Translations under genes and position numbers: made by a program
Origin: Mizuhopecten yessoensis
Taxonomy: Eukaryota
Direction: 5' to 3'
Assembly (NCBI RefSeq): GCF_002113885.1
Contig: NW_018408296.1
Span: 191,854-255,853 of the forward strand
Length of the DNA: 64,000 nucleotides
Notes under the pieces: generated by a model
The model's database searches: none
The model's input: the letters and a program-made list of their open reading frames with translations, nothing else
Told to the model about the DNA's origin: nothing
In this document: piece by piece, positions 11,702 to 24,580 of the stretch
How the letters are laid out: the number at the start of each line of letters is the position of its first letter
Numbering within the stretch: position 1 is the first letter of the stretch

Positions 11702-13450
11702 ATGTGTGTGTAAGATAGATATTGAATGTTGAGTGATATGATAGATTGGTGTGTGTAAGATAGATAGTGAATGGTGAGTGATATGATAGATTGGTGTGTG
11801 TGATATAGATAGTGAACGGTGAGTGATACGATAGATTGGTGTGTGTAAGATAGATAGTGAGTGGTGAGTGATATGATAGATTGGGGTGTGTAAGATAGAT
11901 AATGAATGGTGAGAGATACGATAGATTGGTGTGGATAAGATAGATAGTGAAAGGTGAGTGATACGATAGATTGTTGTGTGTAAGATAGATAGTAAATGGT
12001 GAGTGATATTATAGATTCGTGTGTGTGATATAGATAGTGAACTGTGAGTGATACGATAGATTGGATAGTGAATGGTGAGTGATATTATAGATTCGTGTGT
12101 GTGATATAGATAGTGAACGGTCAGTGATACGATAGATTGGTGTCTGTAAGATAGATAGTGAATAGTGAGTGATACTATAGATTGGTGTGTGTAAGATAGA
12201 TACTGAATGGTCAGTGATACGATAGATTGGCGTGTATAAGATAGATAGTGAGGGGTGAGTTATACGATAGATTGGTGTGTATAAGATGGATAGTGAATGG
12301 TGAGTGAGACGATAGATTGGTGTGTGTAAGAAAGATAGTGAATGGTGAGTGATACGATATATTGGTGTGTGTAAGATAGATACTGAATGGTCAGTGATAC
12401 GATAGATTGGCGTGGGTAAGATAGATAGTGAATGGTGAGTGAAACGATAGATTGGGGTGTATAAGATAGATAGTGAATGGTTAGTGATACTATAGATTGG
12501 TGTGTGTAAGAAAGATAGTGAATGGTGAGTGATACTATAGATTGGTGTGTGTAAGAAAGATAGTGAATGGTGAGTGATATTATAGATTGGTGTGTGTGAT
12601 ATAGATAGTGAACTGTGAGTGATACGATAGATTGGTGGGTATAAGAGAGATAGTGAATGGTGAGTGATACGAGAGATTGGAGTGTATAAGATAGATTGGG
12701 AATGGTGAGGGATTCGATAGATTGGTGTGTGTAAGATATATATTGAATGGTGAGTGATACTTTAGATTGGTGTGTTTAAGATAGATAGTGTTTGGCGAGT
12801 GATACGATAGATTGGGGGGGGTAAGATAGATAGGGAATGGGGAGTGATACGATAGATTGGAGTTTGAAAGACAGATAGTGAATGGTGAGGGATATGATAG
12901 ATTGGTGTGGGTAAGATAGATAATGAATTGTAAGTGATACGATAGATTGGTGTTTGTAAGATAGATAGTGAATAGTGAGTGATACTATAGATTGGTGTGT
13001 ATAAGATGGATAGTGAATGGTGAGTGAAACGATAGATTGGGGTGTATAAGATAGATAGTGAGGGGTGAGTTATACGATAGATTGGTGTGTGTGATATAGA
13101 TAGTGAACGGTGAGTGATACGATAGATTGTTGTGTGTAAGATAGATAGTGAATGGTGAGTGATATGATAGATTGGTGTGTGTAAGATAGATAATGAATGG
13201 TGAGTGATACGATAGATTGGTGTGTGTAAGATAGATAGTGAATTGTAAGTGATACGATAGATTGGTGTGTGTAAGATAGATAGTGAATGGTGAATATGAT
13301 AGATTGGTGTGTGTAAGATAGGTAAGATAGATAGTGAATGGTGAGGGATATGATAGATTGGTGTGTGTAAGATAGATAGTGAATGGTGAGTGATACGATA
13401 GATGGGTGTGTGTAAGATAGATATAGTGAATGGCGAGTGATACGATAGAT
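11702..13450. repeat. Minisatellite, 45-bp unit (GATAGATTGGTGTGTGTAAGATAGATAGTGAATGGTGAGTGATAC)
   Basis: 45-bp periodicity; minus-strand ORFs repeat every 15 aa. Confidence 0.97.
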
Positions 13451-14705
13451 CGCAATTGAAACTCGAATACCAATATGAGGAGTCAAATGTCTATTAACTC
13501 ATGCCGGACTATTTAACCTCCTCGCGTGCAGTTTCTCCGGTTCTCTATAAAATGGGACCTTATTTATTAACTTGACATATCAGTCAAATAAATATAAATT
13601 CCTTTTTACACGAAGCAAACATTGTTATTATAGGATACGATAATTAAGTAACGCTATAGCAATTGCAATGTTTATCTGTGAAGTATAACCAATACTCTCC
13701 GTCAGCTATTCAAAAAGCGATTCTGGATTTAAAATAAGTATCACTGGCCTTCGAAAATTACATTTTGTCTTGTTCTGATCGTTTTCAATTTTCTAAAAGC
13801 CATAAAATAAAATCTTGTGTAATTGTCGACTGCTCTGAAATATAAGAGTGGATTGCTGCTGTTCTGCCGCGCGATGACAGGTTCCATTTAATCAGAAAAT
13901 AATGAAGGTATTACCATGATATCAAATTTGTATTTTTGCATTTTCGAGCAATAATTATCACAACCCAAAATATCATAAATTTTGCAAAACCTTTGCCGTT
14001 TATATTAATAAAGGTAGTGGTCTCCGCGTGTGCCTCCCTTGTCAGTATGCTAGCAAAAATAGATATATCTCATGCGCTTGTGCGTCATAAATTGCAATGA
14101 CAAATTACTCACTGGTTTAAATATATTGTACTTTTCTCATGCCTAAAGCAAATCTGTTTGTCGTTTTAAGAAATAACAATTATCACCCAATGCTTAAACT
14201 GTGTAATATGCCCCAACAATTTTAGTCCGAAAACTACAATTAAATTATCTCGACAGACTACGTTCAATTATATCTTAGGATTAAGGAATGTCTCTTGAGT
14301 ATTGAGGATATTGAGCGATGATAGCCATTAATATTTATTAAAATGATGTTATATAAGGATTCTGCCTTTTCCTAGCAAAGAAGGCACTATAAATAAGCCG
14401 TATGACGTAATGGATACTTAAGGAGGTAATGACGCTATGTTTAAAATTCCTTTAACCTCATCTTTTTTACTTCTTGCTTGACTTGTAAATGTTTTCATCA
14501 CAAAATGTGTCAGTGTTATCAGTGTATATACCAAGACATATCAGCCCTGTGATTTGTTGTAAGTTTCCATTGTTTTAGTTGGGATGTCACGCCTATGACA
14601 AATACATGACGTCACAGATATATGCACTGGAGTCAAAATGGCGGCTTTTTACATTTCAAGGTTGCATGAAAACTGTCGTTTTACACGAACAAATGCAACA
14701 AATCT

Positions 14706-14997
14706 AGATTATGTGATAAAAAGATCTTACACTCGTTTTCGTTTCATATGAAAAGTCGTCACGAAGTTGTAATTTTAGCTCGCAAGATGCTCGCTGAATT
14801 GAAAAATTCTTAGACTCGTTTAATAAATCTCATATGAAGTGGAAACTAATGTAAGATCCCAAATTTTCGTTAAAAATCATATGTAGTTCCATTTATAGAT
14901 ATGACTCTCAAATCAATATTTGGTTTTATAAATATTTGTTATTGAATAGGTGTAAGGGCTGCAATATTAAATGTTTTCATACAGCTTATATTTTCAA
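14706..14997 (+). repeat. 292-bp segment duplicated at 16485-16776 (probable assembly or haplotype redundancy)
   Basis: The two copies differ by one visible substitution. The second copy starts immediately after the single N at 16484. Confidence 0.85.
14720..14858. mobile_element. Small MITE-like inverted-repeat element (also present at about 16499-16637)
   Basis: GATCTTACACTCGTTTTCGTTTCATATGA ... TCATATGAAGTGGAAACTAATGTAAGATC form imperfect terminal inverted repeats. Confidence 0.55.
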
Positions 14998-17900
14998 TAG
15001 CAGTCGCCAATAAAAGGGAAAAGAACAATCTGACAACTTCCTCTCCAAAGGTGCACAACACTTGATCATTATGTTTATACATGTACAATGTACGGTGTAT
15101 ACCAAAATGTGACTTTTTTTCTAAATCATTCGAAAGCAAGCTTTTTATCACGCTGAATTTAAGCACGTTAATAATCGGTTCCCCAAAAAGGAAAAACCAC
15201 AATTCCATGAGGTTGAACAGAAATATAATTTTCAATTCTCAACAAGAGAAGTAACTATAATGTAACATTTACGTTAATCTACATTTTTTTGTATATAATG
15301 ATACATTGTATACCATTCTGAATAACTGATTTGTTTTCGAATAACATATAATTCAAGCATGCGAGACATTGTTCAATTAACGTTTAAATCACCAATGAGA
15401 CTCTCAGACAAAAATATCAAATACGCGTCTTAATCAGTGAAAAATCAAAGGAAATTTGACAAAGAAAAGTCATTGTGCACAACCGATTTAAAGTCGAAGT
15501 GACGAAAATCATAATTATATGCAGGAAAAAAACATCATTCAACATCAGGGCAAGCAGGAGCTAACGTAAACCTACATTCGGCAGACAAGATCCAGAAGCA
15601 AGGGAAATAAAACAACGGAATCGGACAGTTCATTGTCCGTACCATAAAACGGGTTGAATTAAAAATGTAGAATAGAATTCTAGTCTACAACGAGAAAACG
15701 CTCAGGCATTAACAAATTTTGCAATCACTACTAAAACAAACTTCTGTAAACAGCGTCAAGGTCTACAACGTACTTGTAGTATATAAAGACAGCTTGTTGT
15801 TCTGTTCACCATGTGCAGACATCCAGATAATTAACAAAAATAATTGATGATTTTTAACAATGTAAATACTATTCTTATGTTTAATTTGTTTGTCAACTTA
15901 GTAATATATCTTATAAACTAGTACAATATTTTTATTCGTGGAATTAAGATTAGCAATATCTTGCCTTTTAGTTGGCTTTTCATAGTTACACGAACAGGTC
16001 AAAAATGAAATGACCCGGACTAAAAGTTTCACTTCATAGCCGATGAGGATGAGACAAAACTTGTATGTGAAGATGAGGATATTGTCACTAACCCGGGAAG
16101 ATAACAGCTTCCAAACCCCAAGACCAAATCAAAAACAATCTAGAGCTAATTGAAAAGTGATGCAGTAAGGCCAATCAATCTGCAGGAAATGATGATGTTG
16201 ACTACAAAAATCTCAATTTCCCAGCTGTAGTTCGCGGGCGGTGAAAATTATATAAATCAACAAAAAAGAACCGACAGAATACGGAAACAACACAGACTAG
16301 ATCATCCCACACTCCTTCGGGCAGTTTGTCTAGCAGAATACCCATGCTTTCTATCAAACTATTTTATGTGAAATTAAGTCCGACAAGATGTCAGGAAAAA
16401 TAATTCTGATTTATATAAAAGCAAAATTCATTAAACAACACCAAGCACGCAGACTCTTCTGTTTTGGTTACAACAGAAGGGGGNAGATTATGTGATAAAA
16501 AGATCTTACACTCGTTTTCGTTTCATATGAAAAGTCGTCACGAAGTTGTAATTTTAGCTCGCAAGATGCTCGCTGAATTGAAAAATTCTTAGACTCGTTT
16601 AATAAATCTCATATGAAGTGGAAACTAATGTAAGATCCCAAATTTTCGTTAAAAATCATATGTAGTTCCATTTATAGATATGACTCTCAAATCAATATTT
16701 GGTTTTATAAATATTTGTTATTGAATAGGTGTAAGGGCTGCAATAATAAATGTTTTCATACAGCTTATATTTTCAACCGAAGGAAGAAACATTACCAACC
16801 AACAGAGCCGACATTCTAGAGAACCACTTATTTCCCACTACGAAGAAAGCAATAATCCATCCTCCTATCAAACGGTGTCGCAAGGATATTTCGGAGCTGT
16901 TTATACAAAGAGTTCTTAATTTTGACCTTTAGTAATTCAGATGAGTCATAAACGGTCAAAATGGTCACATTGTGAAGTAAAATTATCAACTTTGGCTCTC
17001 TGCATCGACCTGCTGAATTTCTAATAGGTGCTTTAATACCTTCTACTTCTGCTAGCTGGCCGTCTGGTAATTTCCGAAGTTGGCTGTAGTCATGCATATG
17101 GCTTGAACCTTTTCTAGCACAGTTTAACTGAAATTATACATACATTATCTGTTGCATCAAAAAAAAAAAAAAAAGTAGTATAAATAACTGGCTTAAATGC
17201 GCCTTTTCTCTTTTGATTTTTCCTCAAATCATTTTTTTAATCTTTTGACTTACAGTGTCATTGATGAATCCGAGATGGACGAAATTGATATAAGGTGAAG
17301 GTAAACTTACTTAATCGACTACTAGTCTAGTCATTCTATGGTTTCACCTCAAACAAATTGCAACAGAATCTCAATGAAAACAGCTTCCATCAGGTCTGCC
17401 AGTTCCTTTTTCACGTTTAATTAATATTCAAAATTTCTAGGATTGTACTACTGGATTGGTATTTCTCTACCTACACGTAACAACATAATAAACTAAATGA
17501 TTCCTACATTTGTGTCTACACTAATTGGTACGCTGCTTAATGTAAGGACTGTTTAATCAGTTGCTTATAAGTTATGAACTTATACAATGCAAAAACCAAT
17601 AATGGCTAATATAACTAAGTGATAATGTCTATTTTTATCCACAATATATTCACAGTGTATTTTTTATATTTTTTTTTTTTTGTCTTTGCTCATGTGATGA
17701 GTTTTGATATTCCAACTGTTTTGAGGTATTATGTCTGTTACATAAAGATTCAACAACCGACTGACATCTAGTTTTATTTCAATTTTCAAAAATTAATATG
17801 AGCTTGACGGAGTACCAGTTCCACCAATATTTAGACGGCGGGCGCCGTCGATGAAACAGAATACACTTACTCTTTTGAAACACCTGGCGCTTTCAGCTTT

Positions 17901-20196
17901 GTAGTTTCTAAAGGTACCTATGTGAGTATTCCTTTGTCCATATTTTGCCCTATTTTATATAGATTTTGTGTTCAAATCTCGATTTTGTTATCTTTGATGA
18001 TGCTATTTTTGTTTACAAAAAAAAAAAAAAGATTGTGAATAAATATCAATTTAATGTAACAAAAAAGCAGAGTTTTGTTTAGTTCCAGTTTAAGTATTTT
18101 TGAAACATGATCATATTATTAGCTTTGATATTACTTTAAACGCTATCGGCGGCAAATGTTATTTGCACTGTTTTTGGAGAGCTTCGATTTTATTTTAAGT
18201 CGGTTCAAGTCTAATTTGTCTTTTGATATAACAAACGCTACATCATTTTACTTGCAAAAACGTTTAAAAAGACAATTGCGGTTAAGGAATGGCCAATTTA
18301 TCAATTATTACGTTTCTGATATATTCCAAAATTTCTGAAAGTCAATTTCAAATTTCAATTTCAATTTCATGCTTACGTTAACATTTTTTCCAAGACGCTC
18401 ATTAAGTTTCACTTTTTATCTGCTTCAAAATTATGGCATCATGAATATCACGAATTCTTCCAACGCAAGTCTCAAGCTAGTTATCCGCTTCTGTAGTATT
18501 GCAAATGTTGAACTGTCTCTTTTATAACAATTGCATTCCATAGTATAACCGGATTCAAATTCCTCTGTGTAGTCTGAGGTATCCGTATTGAATTCTACTG
18601 TTTTTGCAGCAGGCTCGTCGCCATTCTCGTGGAGAGTCTCCCTGGGTGATTGTAGAACACTTTGAGTGGCTCTCACTAGACTGTCAGTGTGTGGTAATGT
18701 CAGCCTGTCAAATAAAACGAAATAAAATTATTTGAAACATGACATAGGAAATGAAGTTTCGAGAGAAATAACACCGTAACGTCTTTTTTTATCTTCCTTA
18801 TTTACAGAGAACGGTGGAATGTTTTAATTACTGAAAATCAAAATCATTTTTCCAGCAACTACCTACTTCTTCGTCCTTTTTTGTGTATTGTGTTTAGGGT
18901 GTTTCATAAAGGGAACCAAATTATTTGAAATGTCCAATTCTATAGACACAAAAAATTTTTTTATGATACATGTAATATCAGAAATAGATAGTTTTGCCAT
19001 AGAATGATGATATATTTCAATGGTTAATATATACACATCTGTGATATTAATACGGTCCAAAGCCATTTTGTTGACAATAAGAAAGGTTTACTCGTACTTT
19101 AAATCCTTTACTATGTAAATAATACACAGGGATTAAGACAAAACTTTCAGATGTTTTCAAACTCGTTACAAAACCACGGATTCTTAATTCAAATATTACC
19201 AATTATCTACAAAATTAGAGAATGACAAATATCAACATATTACTTTAAAGTGTAGTTTGTTCCTTATCCCGGATAAAGACACGAACATTGTTTCGGCTAT
19301 TTTTTACCTGCACTTGACTCCCTTGCAATGTGTATCACGTGTCATGTCGCCTGCAAAACGTGTTACAATACTCACGTGTTTATTGACAACCTTTTAACTT
19401 TTACTAGACAGACATGCTTTCTCCCACAAAAGACTTCAATTGTCGATTACCACTACAATAGAAGAACAAAAAAGTAAAACACGGAGAATTGTTTTCCTTT
19501 ACGTGATTTGCATATGACATCTTGCTCGCAAAGTTGCAAGAATGTCACTAAAGATAGGTGGCCTTTTTCCAATTATATTTTTTTTTTGTATTTGAATGTC
19601 CAGACTGACGACAGCGATATTGACCTTGAGTACAGGTTTCGGATAAAACAAAAACTGTAGATTCTCAGTTATTTAGTTTTTAATAGTGAGGCAATTGAAC
19701 GTTCATAATTGCATAGAGAATGAGATCGTTCAGTGTCTCTTTACACAAATCTTCCAAGAGAAGGCGGCTAAAGACAAAGCAATTTTGTTTTTGTGATAGT
19801 GTTGAAACCGTTTTACTTATTTCTTTAGCGAAGACTTTAACTCTACTGTGATTGAAACTAACACTAACGTATTTTTTTCGGGGGGTGTTGTTATTTTAGT
19901 GATACGTACAGTGACGTAAAACTGTACCGTTAAAATAGAGTTCGTCATGTCTGACTAGCTTTTTTGCCCCGGTCGTTTTCTTAACAAGCTATACCAAGTT
20001 AAAAAAAGAGAGAGTCTAAGTACCTCAATTTTGGTACAACATATCTGCCAAGCACAAAACAAATATATTTTGACAAATATTTTGTTAGTATTCGGTTAAA
20101 TGAAAATATAAACACTAAGGAATTAAAATGATAAACAAAAATAACACTGAATCCTTAACAACGCTTTGATGTGGTTCCTCAGAGCGTGAGGCCGAT

Positions 20197-20372
20197 TTGT
20201 CTCCCACTGGTTCCCGGGGGTGCTATGTGTTGCATTCCGTCCATCCTTCCTTCCGAATTCTGTCCGTCCCCAACATTTGTCCGGGGCATATTTCTTCTAC
20301 ACTCTTTCACATGGAGTAAAAAAAAATGGTAGTGCAGTACATCTTTGGATGGCGGAGTGTGAAAAACAAAAA
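20197..20372 (+). mobile_element. Truncated HINE/pearl-like non-autonomous Helentron fragment
   Basis: Short inverted repeat (TCTCCCAC...GGGGGTG), then a (GTCC/TTCC)n microsatellite, then the start of a core-repeat-like unit. No 3' end seen. Confidence 0.4.
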
Positions 20373-20816
20373 AGTAGTAAAATCATTACTGGTGTGGGAC
20401 TAATGATTGGCTTGCAATACGTTGCCGTGATGGAACAATGTTTATAATTCGGAAATATTTGATCTGACGTGAGTATGTAGGGCACATCCCGGTAGGCTTA
20501 CATAGGCTCAAAACAGGTATGAAAGTGACTGGTTGGTATTGGGTTCGAGGTAGGCAGGAAAGCTCATTCGTTTTAACTCATATGGGCTATACTTTATGTA
20601 GGGTGTTCATCCTAATAGGATTCTATAAGCAACAAGGTATTCGTGGAGGCTTCACACCGTTTGGTTTGTAAGGTAGACACAATGGGCTCGTCCCTTTTGG
20701 TTGTAATAGGCTCGATATAGAACATGTACTACTGTATTGTATATGTGGATAACAACAAAGTACCGACAAGTCACGACAGCCGTAATTCGAACTCAAAATT
20801 AAAATCCTTCAACGTA

Positions 20817-21438
20817 TTGGTTTGGTTTGATTCAATTTTGTTTAACGTCCTATTAATAGCTATGGTCATTTAAGGACGTGTGAAGTGTGTGCGTGCTTGA
20901 GTGTGTGTATGCAGGAGACAGTGTATTTTAGTGTGCTTGCCTACTTGTGAAAGCACGGACCTAATATCAATTTATAATGCTATCTCACTGAAATACCATG
21001 CCGAAGGCACCAAGCACAGCATTCCGCCCGGTCACATTATACTGACAACGGGTGAAAAAGTTGCCATTCTCCTTAATGCTGAACGCTAAGCAGGGAATAA
21101 CAACTACCATTATTAAGGACTTTGGTATGTCCCGGCCTGGGGACAGAACCCATTGCTTTACTCACCTGGACAAACGCTCAACATTTACGCCAAAAGTGAG
21201 GTATTGCCAAGCAAGGCGCTAGAAAATAATAGGCAGTTAGAAGTAGAAAGAAAGATAAAGATCCAAAACATTGCAATTGGTACAGCAGATATATTTTGGG
21301 CGCTTTTGTGTCCCCAAATAAGGGACACCAAAGCAAATCCCCAATTATTCAGGGTGGTTACCTCATTAGTCGCCTCCCTCGATACAAGCTGCGGGTAACA
21401 GTAGGTGTATTCTTTTCCCGATCCCCCACCTGCAGGTG
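20817..21438 (-). mobile_element. SINE family B (Meta-like) with the same 5' leader as 3333-3917
   Basis: tRNA-like head (TGGCGTAAATGTTGAGCG...GGTTCTGTCCCC), AATGGTAGTTGTTATTCCCTGCTTAGCGTTCAGCATTAAGG, GTCAGTATAATGTGACCGGG and a GGACGTTAAAC tail. Confidence 0.83.
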
Positions 21439-21909
21439 TGTCCTTCAACGTAATGACCTTGAAAAGTTCAAATACCAGAAATACACGAAATATACGGATA
21501 TGTCACCATACCATGGAAATCCTATCTTCCAGATGCTTGTAGCCCATATCACTAACATCCTACACAATACACAAAGCACAATAAAGAAGTAATGAGTTGC
21601 TGAACGTAAATCAATGTTCTTGGCAGTATTTAATATATGATATCAAAGAAACCGTGGTGTTTTGGTTTTTTTTGTAATTTAAAAGCAGTTGGTACTGTGA
21701 GGTCTTATCGTCTCTATAAAAAGAAGGAAAATATATTGGTGGTTGTTTTTCTCTGAGCCCAGAAAAACAAAAATAGTATTAAATTATCTGACAGACTATA
21801 CACGATTTTGTTCGCACACTAGACGTAATAGATTTGTTTTCTTTGATACGATGTGAAATAAAGATACATTTACTCAACACGATTAATGATTTTATCATTT
21901 GATAGTGTT

Positions 21910-22330
21910 GTTGGTAGTGTGAGTTGTTGATATTATTTTAGTGTTGGTGATGGTGATTGTGGTAAGATTTAAGCAGCATTTTTCGTGTTGTCTTTCGTAA
22001 ACAGTTTATTTTGGTGGTAGTGTGAGTTGTTGATATTATTTTAGTGTTGGTACTGGTGATTGTGGTAGGATTTAAGCAGCATTTTTCGTGTTGTCTTTCA
22101 TAAACAGTTTATTTTGGTGGTAGTGTGAGTTGTTGATGTTATTTTAGTGTTGGTGATGGTGATTGTGGTAGGATTTAAGCAGCATTTTTCGTGTTGTCAT
22201 TCATAAACAGTTTATATTGGTGGTAGTGTGTGGTGGTAGTATTGTTATAGTGCTGCTGATGTTGGATTTGGTAAGATTTTTGCAGCATTGTTTGTATTGT
22301 CTTGCGTAAACAGTTAATTTTGGCAGTGTT
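21910..22330. repeat. 103-bp tandem repeat, 3 good copies plus a degenerate fourth
   Basis: GTGAGTTGTTGAT recurs at 21919, 22022 and 22125. Confidence 0.9.
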
Positions 22331-24224
22331 GTTTGTAGTTCATGTAGTGTCGGTGATGCAGTGTTGTGCCGTCGGTACGGTTGTGGTAGTGGTGATGGCG
22401 ATGATGCTGGTGTGTGGTAGTGGTTGTGTGGGGGATTATGGATAGTAGAATTGGTTTCGGTGGTACATTTACAGTAGAAGTGTTACTTTGGTGTTTGTCG
22501 TTGTGGTTATTTTGTTTTATTTGCTTTGTTATTGGTAATGTAGGGTTAATTTCCTCAACGTCGGTCTTATTATCAGATCAAAACACATATTGGTCTTCCT
22601 TATACAAACACAAAGCAATAAATCTAATCACAAGTTTGACATGACATGTATATTTGGTATGACTGAATGTTTGGAAATGTACACAGTCTATACAATAATC
22701 TGACGCACTGACATCTTTTGGTTGTAAACTCATTTACCCTAGTATAAAGATTTAGTCCAGTCAAAATCGTCATAAAACATCTTTCATCAGACTACATTAT
22801 AGTTCAGAAATACTCGAACGATCGTCATTTTCAATTTTTGAACGTCGATACAAGCAGAAAATATTGTCAAAAGAGGATAAGGCGATGTGTCTAAATAGCA
22901 TTTAACTTCATATGCGGTAGTATTTTGTTCTGTTATCGTAGATATGATTACTGGTGAGCTGTGCATTCATACCTGAATTTATCCACCATAACTCTACGTC
23001 CAAAAGGGATTAGTCTTAAAACAATCACTTACGGACGATCTAACCGTTTTGATATTCATCCATTCCAATCCAAAGAAGCCCGTAGTCGGCCATTTTGTTG
23101 GGCACTAACCAAATAAGCACCTGTGCAGTCGGAGCTCCTCATCGAATAAAACGCTGAGAGAATTTCAAAATAGATAAAATTTAGCGTATATACTTCTACA
23201 ATGATATTTGAACTGACAAGGACGCATTTAAAACCGTCGTGTTCGATCCGAATGCTAATTTTAAACAAATTCTTCTTTTGTGCTGTAGGACCAGTGACGC
23301 TCCCTATCGAGAAATTGGCTCAAATTCAAGACATTCATAGACTCATTGGGAACGCGATATGTGATCTTTAACTGATAAACAAAGTAATTAAGTTCACCAT
23401 CAGGGACAATATATTTATATCAGCATAGCTTGCCGTACCCGTGTGGTGACCTCTAGGACATTCAGGAGAATGCGTCAATGACAATCTATTTCAGTTGAGA
23501 CGTTTTCATAAATAAAACTCGAAACATTTTTTACATGCTTAAAAAAAAAAAGACATTGATTTAAAAAATATTATCCAAGATGCTTTGGACATGAACCGAA
23601 ATGGAGCGAAATGTTAAATACAGTGGCTAGTCTATGTGTAGTGTATTCCCTGTTTATGTAACATTTACGCTGAACAAATACGGGTCGTGATATATTTAAG
23701 TTCAGTTTCAATATCTTTTACACAAAGACTGGTATACCTGTACTATTTATTTATTTGATAACGGCATCCATAGATGTGAAATAAGGTGCAGAAGAATACG
23801 CAATGAACATTTTCAGAATGTGTCTTCTGTGTATGAATACGGAATGAAAAAGAAAAACAAATTTACTTTTGACACGTGTTTTATTTATTGCTTTTAATAA
23901 TTTCCCTACAACTTGTAGCGTTTTCACAAAGTCAGCAAATAAATCATTACACTTTTTATGAAATAAAGACTCATAAAACAAAAGCGTTTTAATCAATATT
24001 AAACACGACATTACAGATTTATTTCAAAATTGAAGCAAAGGTTTCCTTGCCGAACGGATTTTAATCGATATCAGTCGTGACATGTAAAGAATACCATGAA
24101 AAACAAACCAACTGTACAACATGTTGATAATCAATCAATCAAATGAATCGATCATTATATGTGTTCAATCAAAACAATAAAATAAATAAATAAATTAAAG
24201 AATGCGATTGATCCTTTAGAACCG

Positions 24225-24580
24225 CAACCTCGATATCCAGGGGTTACGCCCACTTTCGCTCTCTGCATCCCTGGAATATGTCATAGCAAATTATAAGGCT
24301 CAGTGTGCACCACCTTGTGGATAAGACAGGAATGCTAGTTTGATCCTTTGATGTACATCCAAAAAATATCGCAGTCGTGTAACGGTAAAACGTGTTGACT
24401 TTGAAGTCGGGCGCCCTCCTCTGTAATCTTCAAAGGACAAGTATCAGCAAAGTGATTGGTCAGGTTTTTTTACCTGACACCAATAAAATAGCTAGCTAGC
24501 TGCGTGCCTTCAATTTTGCTATGACATATTCCAGGGGTGCAGAGAGAGAAAGTGAGTGTAACCCCTGGATATCGAGGACG
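24225..24580. mobile_element. MITE with about 70-bp TIRs and perfect 9-bp TSD (Mutator-like), copy 2, intact
   Basis: TIR CCTCGATATCCAGGGGTTAC...GGAATATGTCATAGCAAA and its reverse complement at the other end. TTAGAACCG lies at 24216-24224 and 24581-24589. Confidence 0.92.

Noticed and set aside
12985-13486. His/Tyr-rich repeat proteins
   Set aside because: Translations of the 45-bp minisatellite; stops occur elsewhere in the array.
23032-23120. Minus-strand exon with a lectin-like LWIGM motif
   Set aside because: In-frame TAG before the donor and no other lectin motifs nearby.
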